From a virus (taxonomy: Duplodnaviria > Heunggongvirae > Uroviricota > Caudoviricetes): a stretch of DNA of 64,000 bases. The position numbers and the translations under genes were made by a program. Below the pieces are notes generated by a model. It searched no databases. It was not told the DNA's origin and worked only from the letters and a program-made list of their open reading frames with translations. Numbering within the stretch: the stretch's first letter is position 1; the number at the start of each line of letters is the position of its first letter. Of the stretch, positions 9,362-18,296 are shown piece after piece. The stretch is from positions 109,458 to 173,457 of the IMG/VR virus record IMGVR_UViG_3300032322_002674. The stretch is one strand, 5' to 3'.

Positions 9362-9998
9362 ATTGTAGTCTATATTAATCCTTAGTGGAATCACAACTTT
9401 GGGTCACCAATAGGAAAAGGTGAAGGAATTGTAGTCTATATTAATCCTTAGTGGAATCACAACCTTTGTACAGGTTTTGTACTACCTGATGGAATTGTAG
9501 TCTATATTAAACTTTAGTGGAATCACAACGACATACTCAAAGACTCGAACTATAAAGTGATTACAGTTTATATTAATCCTTAATCGAATCACAACCGAAC
9601 ATCTTGTATTTGGTCTGCAAGTTCTATTGTAGTCTATATTAAACTTTAGTGGAATCACAACCCCAAAAACATTGATTTTACAGGGTTTTAATTGTAGTCT
9701 ATATTAAACTTTAGTGGAATCACAACAAGATGATGTGACATGATACAAATCGAAAGATTGTAGTCTATATTAATCCTTAGTGGAATTACAACATTGGTTT
9801 GGATTCTAATTATTTACATTTATTGTAGTCTATATTAATCTTTAGTGGAATCACAACATACGTTAGACGCAAGAGACAACGTTTATCATTGTAGTCTATA
9901 TTAGTTATATTAAATCTTTAGTGGAATCAAAATATATCTGCTGTAGTTAAATTCATTTTTATTGTTGTAGTTTTATATTAATCCTTTAATTGGAATTG
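9362..9998 (+). CRISPR. CRISPR array: 8 intact 36-bp repeats (ATTGTAGTCTATATTAATCCTTAGTGGAATCACAAC) with 29-30 bp spacers, plus 2 degenerate trailer repeats
   Basis: Repeats start at 9362, 9428, 9494, 9560, 9626, 9691, 9757 and 9822. Degenerate units at 9888-9933 (10-bp insertion) and 9961-9998. All spacers are unique. Confidence 0.95.
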
Positions 9999-10061
9999 AT
10001 TAAATTTTAAAAGGGGGTTACTATTTGATTTTTTCAATAAAAATCATTATATTTCCATTAT

Positions 10062-10391
10062 ATGAATCTGAATAAAACCATTTCTAATCTAAGAAAGTCA
10101 AAACATAGTTTTTTTAACTTAAATTCTGATTGTTATATTAACTATGACCTATTAAAAGTAGGGGTATCTTATAATGCAAAAGTATATGATATTAATGAAG
10201 ATGAAGTATTTGTTCTTAATTCTTATATAAGAAAAAATTGGGAATATATCGAAACTTTTGAATATGAAAATAATCCTTTAATTATGTCTTTTAAAATTTA
10301 CGAACCAACAACAAATGATTATATTTACATTCCTTTTAATTGTTTATATAAACCAGTACCAGAAGAATGGTTTTGTTTTTTAAATAAATAA
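10062..10391 (+). CDS. hypothetical protein, tandem paralog 1
   Basis: N-terminus 'MNLNKTISNLRKSKHSFFNL' is near-identical to the next gene. Confidence 0.45.
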   Translation: MNLNKTISNLRKSKHSFFNLNSDCYINYDLLKVGVSYNAKVYDINEDEVFVLNSYIRKNWEYIETFEYENNPLIMSFKIYEPTTNDYIYIPFNCLYKPVPEEWFCFLNK

Positions 10392-10521
10392 ACAATGAAA
10401 AAAGAATTTAAAATTTTTGGTTATAAAATAAAAATAACAATTGAAAAAATAGATATTGTCAGAGAAATCTTTCATTTAAGAACTAAGGAAAAACCAATAC
10501 TTAAAACCAAATTTTTTAAAA

Positions 10522-10818
10522 ATGAATCTGAATAAAACCATATTAAATTTAAAAAAATCACATAAAGGATTTTTTAATCTGAAAAAAGGTGATGAGGTTT
10601 GGTTTGAAATATTAAAAGATAAAATTTATGTCTATAAAAAATATGATAATTTTACTGAATTTTTATATAATAGAAATTATCATAAAAAAATAAGAGAATG
10701 TGGAGGTCATTTTGAATATTATTCAAAATATTATGATGAAAAATATTATGATGAAAAATTTTCTGTTAGAAAAAATACATTTGCAAATTTATCATATAAT
10801 ATTTTTTTAAATGAATAA
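10522..10818 (+). CDS. hypothetical protein, tandem paralog 2
   Basis: N-terminus 'MNLNKTILNLKKSHKGFFNL'. The 5' DNA sequences are also similar. Confidence 0.45.
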   Translation: MNLNKTILNLKKSHKGFFNLKKGDEVWFEILKDKIYVYKKYDNFTEFLYNRNYHKKIRECGGHFEYYSKYYDEKYYDEKFSVRKNTFANLSYNIFLNE

Positions 10819-11341
10819 ATTGATAACAAAAATAAAAAAAATAAAACTTTATTGGTTTTTATTTAAAAGAATAATTAAATGGATTCCCCTTTTAATAAAA
10901 GATAGGGATTATGATTATGTTTATACATTAGATATTTTAAAATTTAAATTGCAATTAAAAAAAGAACGTTTTAAAAGTTATGATGATTTAAACGTTGTTA
11001 ATCAAATAAATTTGGTTATAAAATTAATTGATAAATTTAAAAATGAAGAATATCTTGATGAATATTTAAACTATGGAGAATATAAATATGAATTTCTTGA
11101 TAACGATATTAAAACAACTTTAATTTCAGAAAATTATGATGAATATATTAATAAAAATAAATCATCATTAAAAAGAATGAACAGAATTTTCTCAAAAAAT
11201 ATTGATTTGTTGGATTCAGAAAGTTTTTCAGTTGAGGAAAAAAAGTCAATATCAATGGATATTTCCTTATATAAACATGACAAATGCAAAAGAATTTTAT
11301 TTAACTATCTTGCACACAAAATTGAAAATTGGTGGAATTAA
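10811..11341 (+). CDS. hypothetical protein
   Basis: 176-aa ORF, no motif. Confidence 0.35.
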   Translation: MNKLITKIKKIKLYWFLFKRIIKWIPLLIKDRDYDYVYTLDILKFKLQLKKERFKSYDDLNVVNQINLVIKLIDKFKNEEYLDEYLNYGEYKYEFLDNDIKTTLISENYDEYINKNKSSLKRMNRIFSKNIDLLDSESFSVEEKKSISMDISLYKHDKCKRILFNYLAHKIENWWN

Positions 11342-11353
11342 TATTTATGGAAT

Positions 11354-11770
11354 ATGATTTTTACCAAATTACAGTTTATTCTAAATGAAGGGTTGATTAA
11401 AATTCAACCCAAAGAAAAGGTTTTGCAAATCTTAAAAAAATTCAATCCAAAACCATCCAATAATTCACAATTTCTAATTCCTTTAATTAATTCTGAACAA
11501 CTACCAGAAATTCTTACCTTAACAAATAATTTAGGTTATTTCCCTTCTTCATTAAGAATATTAGAAGAAGGTAGTTATTTAACTCATAAAAAATTTAAAA
11601 AAGAATTTATTGATTTTTATTTGGAAGATAAAACTAATAAAGTGTTTATTGTTTTTGAACCAAAGTTTGATGTTGAAGTTAGACCAAAAAATAATATATT
11701 ATACCATATCACCAAAAAAAGATTTATTTATTGCAAGATAAGGAAAGTGTTAAAGAATTACTTTCTTTGA
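11354..11770 (+). pseudogene. truncated paralog of the Tpt1/KptA-like gene at 1616
   Basis: 'LPEILTLTNNLGYFP...VFIVFEPKFDVEVRPKNNILYHITKK' aligns with the 1616 protein. The similarity stops right after 'YHITKK', where TnpB-derived sequence begins. Confidence 0.5.
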
Positions 11771-12200
11771 TTGGTTTGGAAATGGAGAATTTAAATGTTT
11801 CAGGGATGATGAAAAATAGTAATTTGGCAAAATCCATTCAGGAATTAAGTCTTTATAGATTTAAACAAATATTAAAATATAAATCTGATTGGTATGGAAA
11901 ACAAATTATTGAAATTGATAGATTTTATCCATCATCGAAATTATGTTCCAGTTGTGGTGAAAAAAATGATAATTTAAAATTATCTGATAGAGAATGGATT
12001 TGCAACAATTGTGGAACACATCATGATAGAGATTTAAATGCCTCGATTAATATATTAAATGAGGGAAAAAGAATTTTAAATAAAATACCCATTCGTAGTG
12101 GGGAATTAACGCCTTTGGAGAGTTATCAATAGATGCTCGTTGAATTAGGAAATTACTATATTTTATTATATAGTTTTATACGGTTGGTTTGCAAAAACTG
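11731..12200 (+). mobile_element. tnpB: IS200/IS605-family TnpB (OrfB) remnant: C-terminal ~130 aa only, plus a possible right-end/omega-RNA remnant
   Basis: 'GLEMENLNVSGMMKN.NLAKSI' (RuvC-II region), 'YKSDWYGKQIIEIDRFYPSSKLCSSCGEKN...REWICNNCGTHHDRDLNASINIL' (zinc finger plus RuvC-III DRDxNA). The N-terminal ~270 aa are absent. Confidence 0.6.
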
Positions 12201-12309
12201 TTTTTTCTGATAATGAGGTTTTTATGTTCACAAAAGAAAATCTAAAAAAATCAAAATATATCAAGTTTAAAAGATTTGATTTTTCTTAATTCATCATTAG
12301 ATTTAACCA

Positions 12310-13797
12310 ATGATTACAATTGGTTATTCAACAAGGGAAACAAATCCCACTTATAAAGAACATATTAAAAAAATGTCTGGTCTAAAGGACATTGAAATAA
12401 TTGAAGTTGTTAACAACGGAGATAAATCACTTTCAGAGGTCTATAATTCAATTATAACCAATTCTAAATGGGATGTGGTAGTTCTTATTCATGATGATTT
12501 AATTCTTCCCCATAACTCATTTAAATCAATCTTGAATACTTTTAATGAAACCGATTATGGTATAATTGGTCTTGCAGGAACAACTCATCTACCAAATTCT
12601 GGTGTATGGTGGGGAGATAGAAGTAAAATGATTGGAATTGTTAATCATAAATGGGAAGGAAAAACCCACCAATCAAAATATTCACATAATTGGAAAAAAG
12701 AAATAAAACAAACCGTTTTGGTTGATGGTTTGTTTATTGGTGTTCACAAAAAAAGAATAAAAAAGGTATTTAATGAAAATTATAAAGGGTTTCACTTTTA
12801 TGATATTCCATTTTGCATTGATAATCATTTAAGTGGGGTTAAAATTGGTGTTACATTTGATTTTGTTGTAACACATAAATCAATTGGTCAAACGGATGAA
12901 AAATGGGAGGAAAATAGAAAACAATTCATTTCAGAATATCAATTACCAATTAGTATTACCCCAGAAATTCAATTACCAAAAGATGAAATTCAGTTAAAAG
13001 AATCCCCAAAAGTATCAGTAGTTATTCCTCATAAAGATAAACATCATTTAATAAAAAATTTATTGGAATCATTTAATGAGTATGAAACTTATGATTTTTC
13101 AAAAATTAAATTCTATATTGCAGATACAGGAAGTCAAAATAAGGAAGAACTAAAAGATATTATTACAGAATTTAATATAAAAGGTTTAGATACATACTTA
13201 ATTGAATATGATTATTATAATTTTGCAAAAATTAATAATAATGTGGTTAAGTATTATGTTGATTCAGAATTAATTTTATTTTGCAATAATGATGTTGAAT
13301 TACAAAATAATGCATTAAGTAGGTTGGTTAAACAATATCTTAAAAACCCAAAAAAAATTGGTACTTTGGGTAGTAGATTATATTTTGAAAATAAAACAAT
13401 ACAACATGCAGGAATGATATTGGTTGGAAATAAAGAAGGAATACAAGGTATTACACATAAAGGTTTACAATCACATTATAATTATTCACCCAATTGTGAA
13501 TCAGTAATTGGTAATACTGGTGCATTTATGTTAACAAGGAAAGAATTATTTGATGAAATTGGTGGATTTAATGAAGGATATTCTTCTTGTTTTGAGGATG
13601 TGGAATATAATATTTCTTGTTTATTAAAGGGTAAACATAATCTTTATTGTGGTGATTCAGTTTGTTATCATTTTGAATCCTTAACAAGAAATGAGGATTC
13701 AGAAAAAATGGTTAAATTACAAAATGATGCAAAAGAATTATTATTTCCTTTTATATTCAAAAACATGGGAAAAATAAAAGAATATATTAATAAGTAA
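12310..13797 (+). CDS. two-domain glycosyltransferase (GT-A / family 2-like)
   Basis: Two Rossmann-like GT modules: 'VVLIHDDLIL' and 'VSVVIPHKDK...YIADTGSQN...LFCNNDVEL', plus 'CFEDVEYNISCLLKG'. Confidence 0.5.
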   Translation: MITIGYSTRETNPTYKEHIKKMSGLKDIEIIEVVNNGDKSLSEVYNSIITNSKWDVVVLIHDDLILPHNSFKSILNTFNETDYGIIGLAGTTHLPNSGVWWGDRSKMIGIVNHKWEGKTHQSKYSHNWKKEIKQTVLVDGLFIGVHKKRIKKVFNENYKGFHFYDIPFCIDNHLSGVKIGVTFDFVVTHKSIGQTDEKWEENRKQFISEYQLPISITPEIQLPKDEIQLKESPKVSVVIPHKDKHHLIKNLLESFNEYETYDFSKIKFYIADTGSQNKEELKDIITEFNIKGLDTYLIEYDYYNFAKINNNVVKYYVDSELILFCNNDVELQNNALSRLVKQYLKNPKKIGTLGSRLYFENKTIQHAGMILVGNKEGIQGITHKGLQSHYNYSPNCESVIGNTGAFMLTRKELFDEIGGFNEGYSSCFEDVEYNISCLLKGKHNLYCGDSVCYHFESLTRNEDSEKMVKLQNDAKELLFPFIFKNMGKIKEYINK

Positions 13798-15567
13798 TTA
13801 TAATCTTACAATTTTATATTTAGAAACTTCACTTGTTGGTTTTGTTTTTTTTAATTCACTTAATTTCCAATTACACAATCTATAATGTCCTTTTATAATA
13901 ATCTGACCAGTTGGTGCATATATTAACTTATATTGTTTTTCGTTTTCAAATAAACTTAATTGATTTGGATTGGTAGTCAAAGATAAGAATACATTCCTAA
14001 CTTCATTTTCACTATAAGTATAATCCCTATCTAATGATTTAAATAGTTGGTAAAATTCCTGAAATGTTGGTACTTCATTAAATTCTTCATCCAAAAGATA
14101 TTCAACTTCCCACTTTAATTCATCCCTCCTTTCTTTCATCCAAAGTTGTTCTCTTGCATCAATTAAATCCATCATTTTATTAAGACTTATATTTTCTTCA
14201 TACATAATATCTCTTAATAAATCATGTTGAATATTTCCTTCTGAATCAATTGGAATTATTCTTAAAATCATTTCTTTATAGTTTTTAACATAATACTCAA
14301 TTTCCAACATTGTTCTTTCATCCATTACAGAATATAAATCTTTATTCACTTCAAAATCCTTCATAAATAAATCCCTTGTTTCATCATTTATTCCTTTTTG
14401 TTTTATATAATTTGCCTTTTGTTTTAAATTATCATTTGCACGAGATTTTAGATTTAAAGATTCTTTAATATTTTTTTTGATTTTGTTTTTTGGTTTTAAT
14501 GATGCAATTACAGTATCAATTAATTGTTTACCACTATAAGTATAAAATCGGCTACCTTTATAAGAAATTAAGAACTTACCATTTATGTACCACATCATAA
14601 ATTCACCATGATATTCATTACCCAAAAATAATAAACCAGGATAATCAGAAGTAGATATTGTTTTATCAACGACTTCTATACCTTCATTCCTAAAATAGTT
14701 TTTTATTTTATCATACATTAAAGTTAAAAATTCTTTATAAAAGGGGTTTGTTCGTATATTTGAATTAACTACCACAAAACTCAAATCTGATTCTGTTATA
14801 TCCTTCAAATCTTTTTTAAGAATATTTCTAATATATTCTTCCCTTTGTTTTTCTTGTTCACTTGCTCTAGATTTTAAATTCAATCCCTCATCTAAAAACT
14901 GACTAACATGTTCTTTATTTAATAATTCAATTTTATCAGAAGGTATTGATTTATTAGTAACCATTGAGTACATATCCCGACCACCAACAATACCTTCACC
15001 TCTTGCATCTAAATTAATATCAGTATAAAATTTATGGTCAGGTAATTTTTCTGTATCAATCTTAAAAACATATTGTCCCCATCTATGTCTTGATGGTTCA
15101 GTTTCAAAAAAAATTAATTTAGGATATGCAAGAGATTTACTCCATTTTTTAAAATCAGTTTCCTTTGGAATTAAACCATTTTTTAGTATTTCCTTAACAG
15201 AATCCAAAGAACGAGTTGAATGATATAAATATTTTGGCGGTTTCATTCGTTTAAAATACCAATTTCTGAAATTAATTGTTATTGATGAAGGTAGAACATT
15301 AAATACCATTAAGATATTCATATCCTTATAGATTTTATTTTGTATTCTTTTTAAAAATTGTTCTATTTCTTTTTCTTCTTCATCAGATACCAATCTTCCT
15401 GAATCCCAATCAAAAAATACTTGATAATATCTAGCATTGTGATAATTCCCATCCCTAATATTTTTTTTGAATCGTTGTCTATATCCTTTTTTTTCTAAAA
15501 AAGAATTGATTTTGTCAACTACTGTTTGTATGTAATTTGGATTTATCTCAACTTCATTAATGAACAT
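13798..15567 (-). CDS. large protein with a Tpt1/KptA-like motif (third paralog of that domain)
   Basis: 'PKYLYHSTRSLDSVKEILKNGLIPKETDFKKW' matches the YHxT...GLxPK pattern of the 1616 protein. The rest has no motif. Confidence 0.35.
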   Translation of the reverse strand: MFINEVEINPNYIQTVVDKINSFLEKKGYRQRFKKNIRDGNYHNARYYQVFFDWDSGRLVSDEEEKEIEQFLKRIQNKIYKDMNILMVFNVLPSSITINFRNWYFKRMKPPKYLYHSTRSLDSVKEILKNGLIPKETDFKKWSKSLAYPKLIFFETEPSRHRWGQYVFKIDTEKLPDHKFYTDINLDARGEGIVGGRDMYSMVTNKSIPSDKIELLNKEHVSQFLDEGLNLKSRASEQEKQREEYIRNILKKDLKDITESDLSFVVVNSNIRTNPFYKEFLTLMYDKIKNYFRNEGIEVVDKTISTSDYPGLLFLGNEYHGEFMMWYINGKFLISYKGSRFYTYSGKQLIDTVIASLKPKNKIKKNIKESLNLKSRANDNLKQKANYIKQKGINDETRDLFMKDFEVNKDLYSVMDERTMLEIEYYVKNYKEMILRIIPIDSEGNIQHDLLRDIMYEENISLNKMMDLIDAREQLWMKERRDELKWEVEYLLDEEFNEVPTFQEFYQLFKSLDRDYTYSENEVRNVFLSLTTNPNQLSLFENEKQYKLIYAPTGQIIIKGHYRLCNWKLSELKKTKPTSEVSKYKIVRL

Positions 15568-15605
15568 TATTTTACTTTTTAAGATAAATATTTAGATTTA
15601 ATAAT

Positions 15606-16265
15606 ATGATTAAAATTGCAATATCAAGTAATATTAATTTTTCAGAAAAATCTTTACCAATAATAATACCTTCTTTATTAGAAGTTGGTATAAGTAAAGA
15701 AGATATTTATGTTTTTATAAATGGATGTGATATTTATGAAAATAAAACGCAAAATAATATAAATTATTTTTATTTGAATTATAATTCTTATGAATATACT
15801 CCATTGATAGAAATAGTTGAAAAAGAGTTAAAATCAGAATATTGGTTTTTAATACATGATACTTGTAAAGTTGGGAAAAATTTTAAAAATTTTTTATATA
15901 ATATACCAGAAAGTAAACCTGAAAAAATGGCATTAAAAAACAAACCTGCAATGTCAATAGGTTCATATAGATATGATTATTTATTAACAGTTAAAGATAA
16001 ATTATTATCAATTAAAAATTATGATTTATCAAAAGAATCATTAATGAAATGGAAATTATGGGGAGTTCCTAATGAAGATTATATTTTATGGATGTCTGAA
16101 CCAAAACCATTCATTTATAATAATGATAATAGATGGGATGTTATAGATTATAAAAATTGGTTTAGTACTAAAACAATAAGGAGAACTGAATATTATTATT
16201 CATTAGATTTATATAAAAATAAATCTAATTGGGGACAATCAGTAAATATGGTTATAGATATTTAA
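15606..16265 (+). CDS. hypothetical protein
   Basis: 219-aa ORF inside the sugar-modification cluster. Confidence 0.4.
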   Translation: MIKIAISSNINFSEKSLPIIIPSLLEVGISKEDIYVFINGCDIYENKTQNNINYFYLNYNSYEYTPLIEIVEKELKSEYWFLIHDTCKVGKNFKNFLYNIPESKPEKMALKNKPAMSIGSYRYDYLLTVKDKLLSIKNYDLSKESLMKWKLWGVPNEDYILWMSEPKPFIYNNDNRWDVIDYKNWFSTKTIRRTEYYYSLDLYKNKSNWGQSVNMVIDI

Positions 16266-16269
16266 TAAT

Positions 16270-17250
16270 ATGAATATTTTAATAATCGGTGGAGGATGGG
16301 TAGGTTGTCACTTGGCAATGAAATTAAGGGATAAACATAATATAACTATTTTTGATAAAAATATTGAATTGTTTTGTGAAACATCCTTTAAAAATCAAAA
16401 TAGACTTCATTATGGTTTTCATTACCCAAGAAACCATAGAACAAGAATGTTATGTAAAGATACTTATCAAAAATTTATTGATGAATATGGATTTTTAGTG
16501 GAAGATGTTAAAAATAATGTTTATTGTGTACCAAATAAATCACTAATAGATTTCGATACCTTTAAAACAATTTTTAGGGATTTTGAATATGATATTTATA
16601 ATGATAAATTTAGTACTGATGGTTGTATTAAAACAAAAGAAAAATTTATAAATTATAGAGTTGCAAAAGAATTTTTTAATAAAGAACTAAAACATTTATT
16701 TAAACAAATTAAGGTTGATACTATTGAAGAATTAAAAAATAATTATGATTTAATATTGAATTGTACCAATAATAATATACCATCTGATAATGGTTATTTT
16801 TATGAGTTAACCATATCATTAATAATTGAAAAAATAAAAGATATTAATTTTGATTCATTAACCTTAATGGATGGTAAATTTTTTTCAATATACCCCTATG
16901 ATAATAATCTTTTTACATTAACTGATGTGGAATATACTCCATTTAGAAAATTTAAAAATATTAATGATTTAGAAGTAGTAAAAAAAGAAATTAATGATAA
17001 TGTTATTAGTGATATTAAAAATAAAATGTTTAATAAAGTAAATGAATATTTTCCAATAGATGAATATTTTACTTATAAAGATTATTTTTTGTCTTTAAAA
17101 GTAAAGAATATAAGTGAATCTGATGATAGATACCCAACCATAATAAAAAATGATAACGTGGTTAATATATATACAGGAAAAATACAGGGAATTTTTACCA
17201 TAGAAGAATATATAAAAAATTTAATAAATGAAAATACCACTTTATTGTAA
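16270..17250 (+). CDS. NAD(P)/FAD-binding Rossmann oxidoreductase (sugar dehydrogenase-like)
   Basis: N-terminal 'MNILIIGGGWVGCHLAMKL' GxGxxG dinucleotide-binding motif. Confidence 0.4.
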   Translation: MNILIIGGGWVGCHLAMKLRDKHNITIFDKNIELFCETSFKNQNRLHYGFHYPRNHRTRMLCKDTYQKFIDEYGFLVEDVKNNVYCVPNKSLIDFDTFKTIFRDFEYDIYNDKFSTDGCIKTKEKFINYRVAKEFFNKELKHLFKQIKVDTIEELKNNYDLILNCTNNNIPSDNGYFYELTISLIIEKIKDINFDSLTLMDGKFFSIYPYDNNLFTLTDVEYTPFRKFKNINDLEVVKKEINDNVISDIKNKMFNKVNEYFPIDEYFTYKDYFLSLKVKNISESDDRYPTIIKNDNVVNIYTGKIQGIFTIEEYIKNLINENTTLL

Positions 17251-17264
17251 TAAACTTTGAACAA

Positions 17265-18296
17265 ATGACTAGAAATGAACTTAAATTTTTGTTTAATACC
17301 CATTTAAAAAGGGATTATACACCTAATGAATGGATAGTGCATGGTAAAAAAAATTACCATTTATTTGAACATGAAATATTAAATTGTAGTGAATATTTTT
17401 TAATAAATAAAAAAGATGTAAAAATTGCACTTTTATTAAGTGGACATATAAGGAAAAATTCAATATATAATAATATTTCAAGTGCACTAAATAGATATGA
17501 TACTGATATTTTTATACATACTTGGGATAATTTTGGTTTGAAAGGTACTGAAACTAACGTTAATGACCATACCAATGAAAGTGAAATAGAAAAAGAAATA
17601 CAAAAATTTAATAATGTTAAAAGTTTTATAATTGAAAATAATAAACAATTGATAAATGGTATGGAAAAAAGAAGTGGATATTTTAATTTTTCATCTCCAG
17701 AACCTTTTATAAAATCACAACTTTATTCAATTAATAAATCTTATGAATTAATGAATAATTACTCCAAAGAAAATAATATTAATTATGATATTGTTTTTAA
17801 ATTTAGATTTGATTGTGATATTTTTTATTTTAATTTAAAAAAACATACAATAAATAACATAAAGAATAATAATATTATTTTCACATCAAATAATGATTGC
17901 AATCATAGTCACATGGATTATGGAACTTCTTGTTGGGCATGTGATAATATGTATTACAAATATGGATTAAAACATGTTCATATTTTTGAACATACAAATG
18001 TTATATGTGATTTATTCGCATACGGAAATCAAAAATCAATGGAAAGTTATTGCAATTTATATAATGTATATGATGAATTAATTAGTGAATTTGAAGAAGA
18101 AAATAAAAAACAATTGGAAAAACATAGTAGTAATTTAAAATTAATTAATGGTGATTATAAATTAGAAGGTATGCGTGGACATATTGATTCATTATATTAT
18201 TACAATTGTTCTTATCCTGAAAGATTATTACAAAAATATTTAAAGGATTATATGTTAGTAGAATCAAGGGATGTAAAATTAAAATTAGTAAGATGA
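17265..18296 (+). CDS. hypothetical protein (Cys/His-rich segment)
   Basis: 343 aa. 'CNHSHMDYGTSCWACDNMYY'. No family assigned. Confidence 0.4.
   Translation: MTRNELKFLFNTHLKRDYTPNEWIVHGKKNYHLFEHEILNCSEYFLINKKDVKIALLLSGHIRKNSIYNNISSALNRYDTDIFIHTWDNFGLKGTETNVNDHTNESEIEKEIQKFNNVKSFIIENNKQLINGMEKRSGYFNFSSPEPFIKSQLYSINKSYELMNNYSKENNINYDIVFKFRFDCDIFYFNLKKHTINNIKNNNIIFTSNNDCNHSHMDYGTSCWACDNMYYKYGLKHVHIFEHTNVICDLFAYGNQKSMESYCNLYNVYDELISEFEEENKKQLEKHSSNLKLINGDYKLEGMRGHIDSLYYYNCSYPERLLQKYLKDYMLVESRDVKLKLVR

Noticed and set aside
9183-9368. 61-aa ORF overlapping the cas6 3' end and the CRISPR leader.
   Set aside because: It overlaps cas6 out of frame and runs into repeat 1. It is a leader-sequence artefact.
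11731-12132. A possible type V (Cas12-like) effector, suggested by RuvC/zinc-finger motifs 1.7 kb downstream of the CRISPR array.
   Set aside because: Only the C-terminal ~130 aa of a TnpB-like protein are present. The upstream frame encodes an unrelated Tpt1-like paralog. The array is adjacent to a classical Cas3/Cas7/Cas6 set. It is an IS605 remnant, not an effector.
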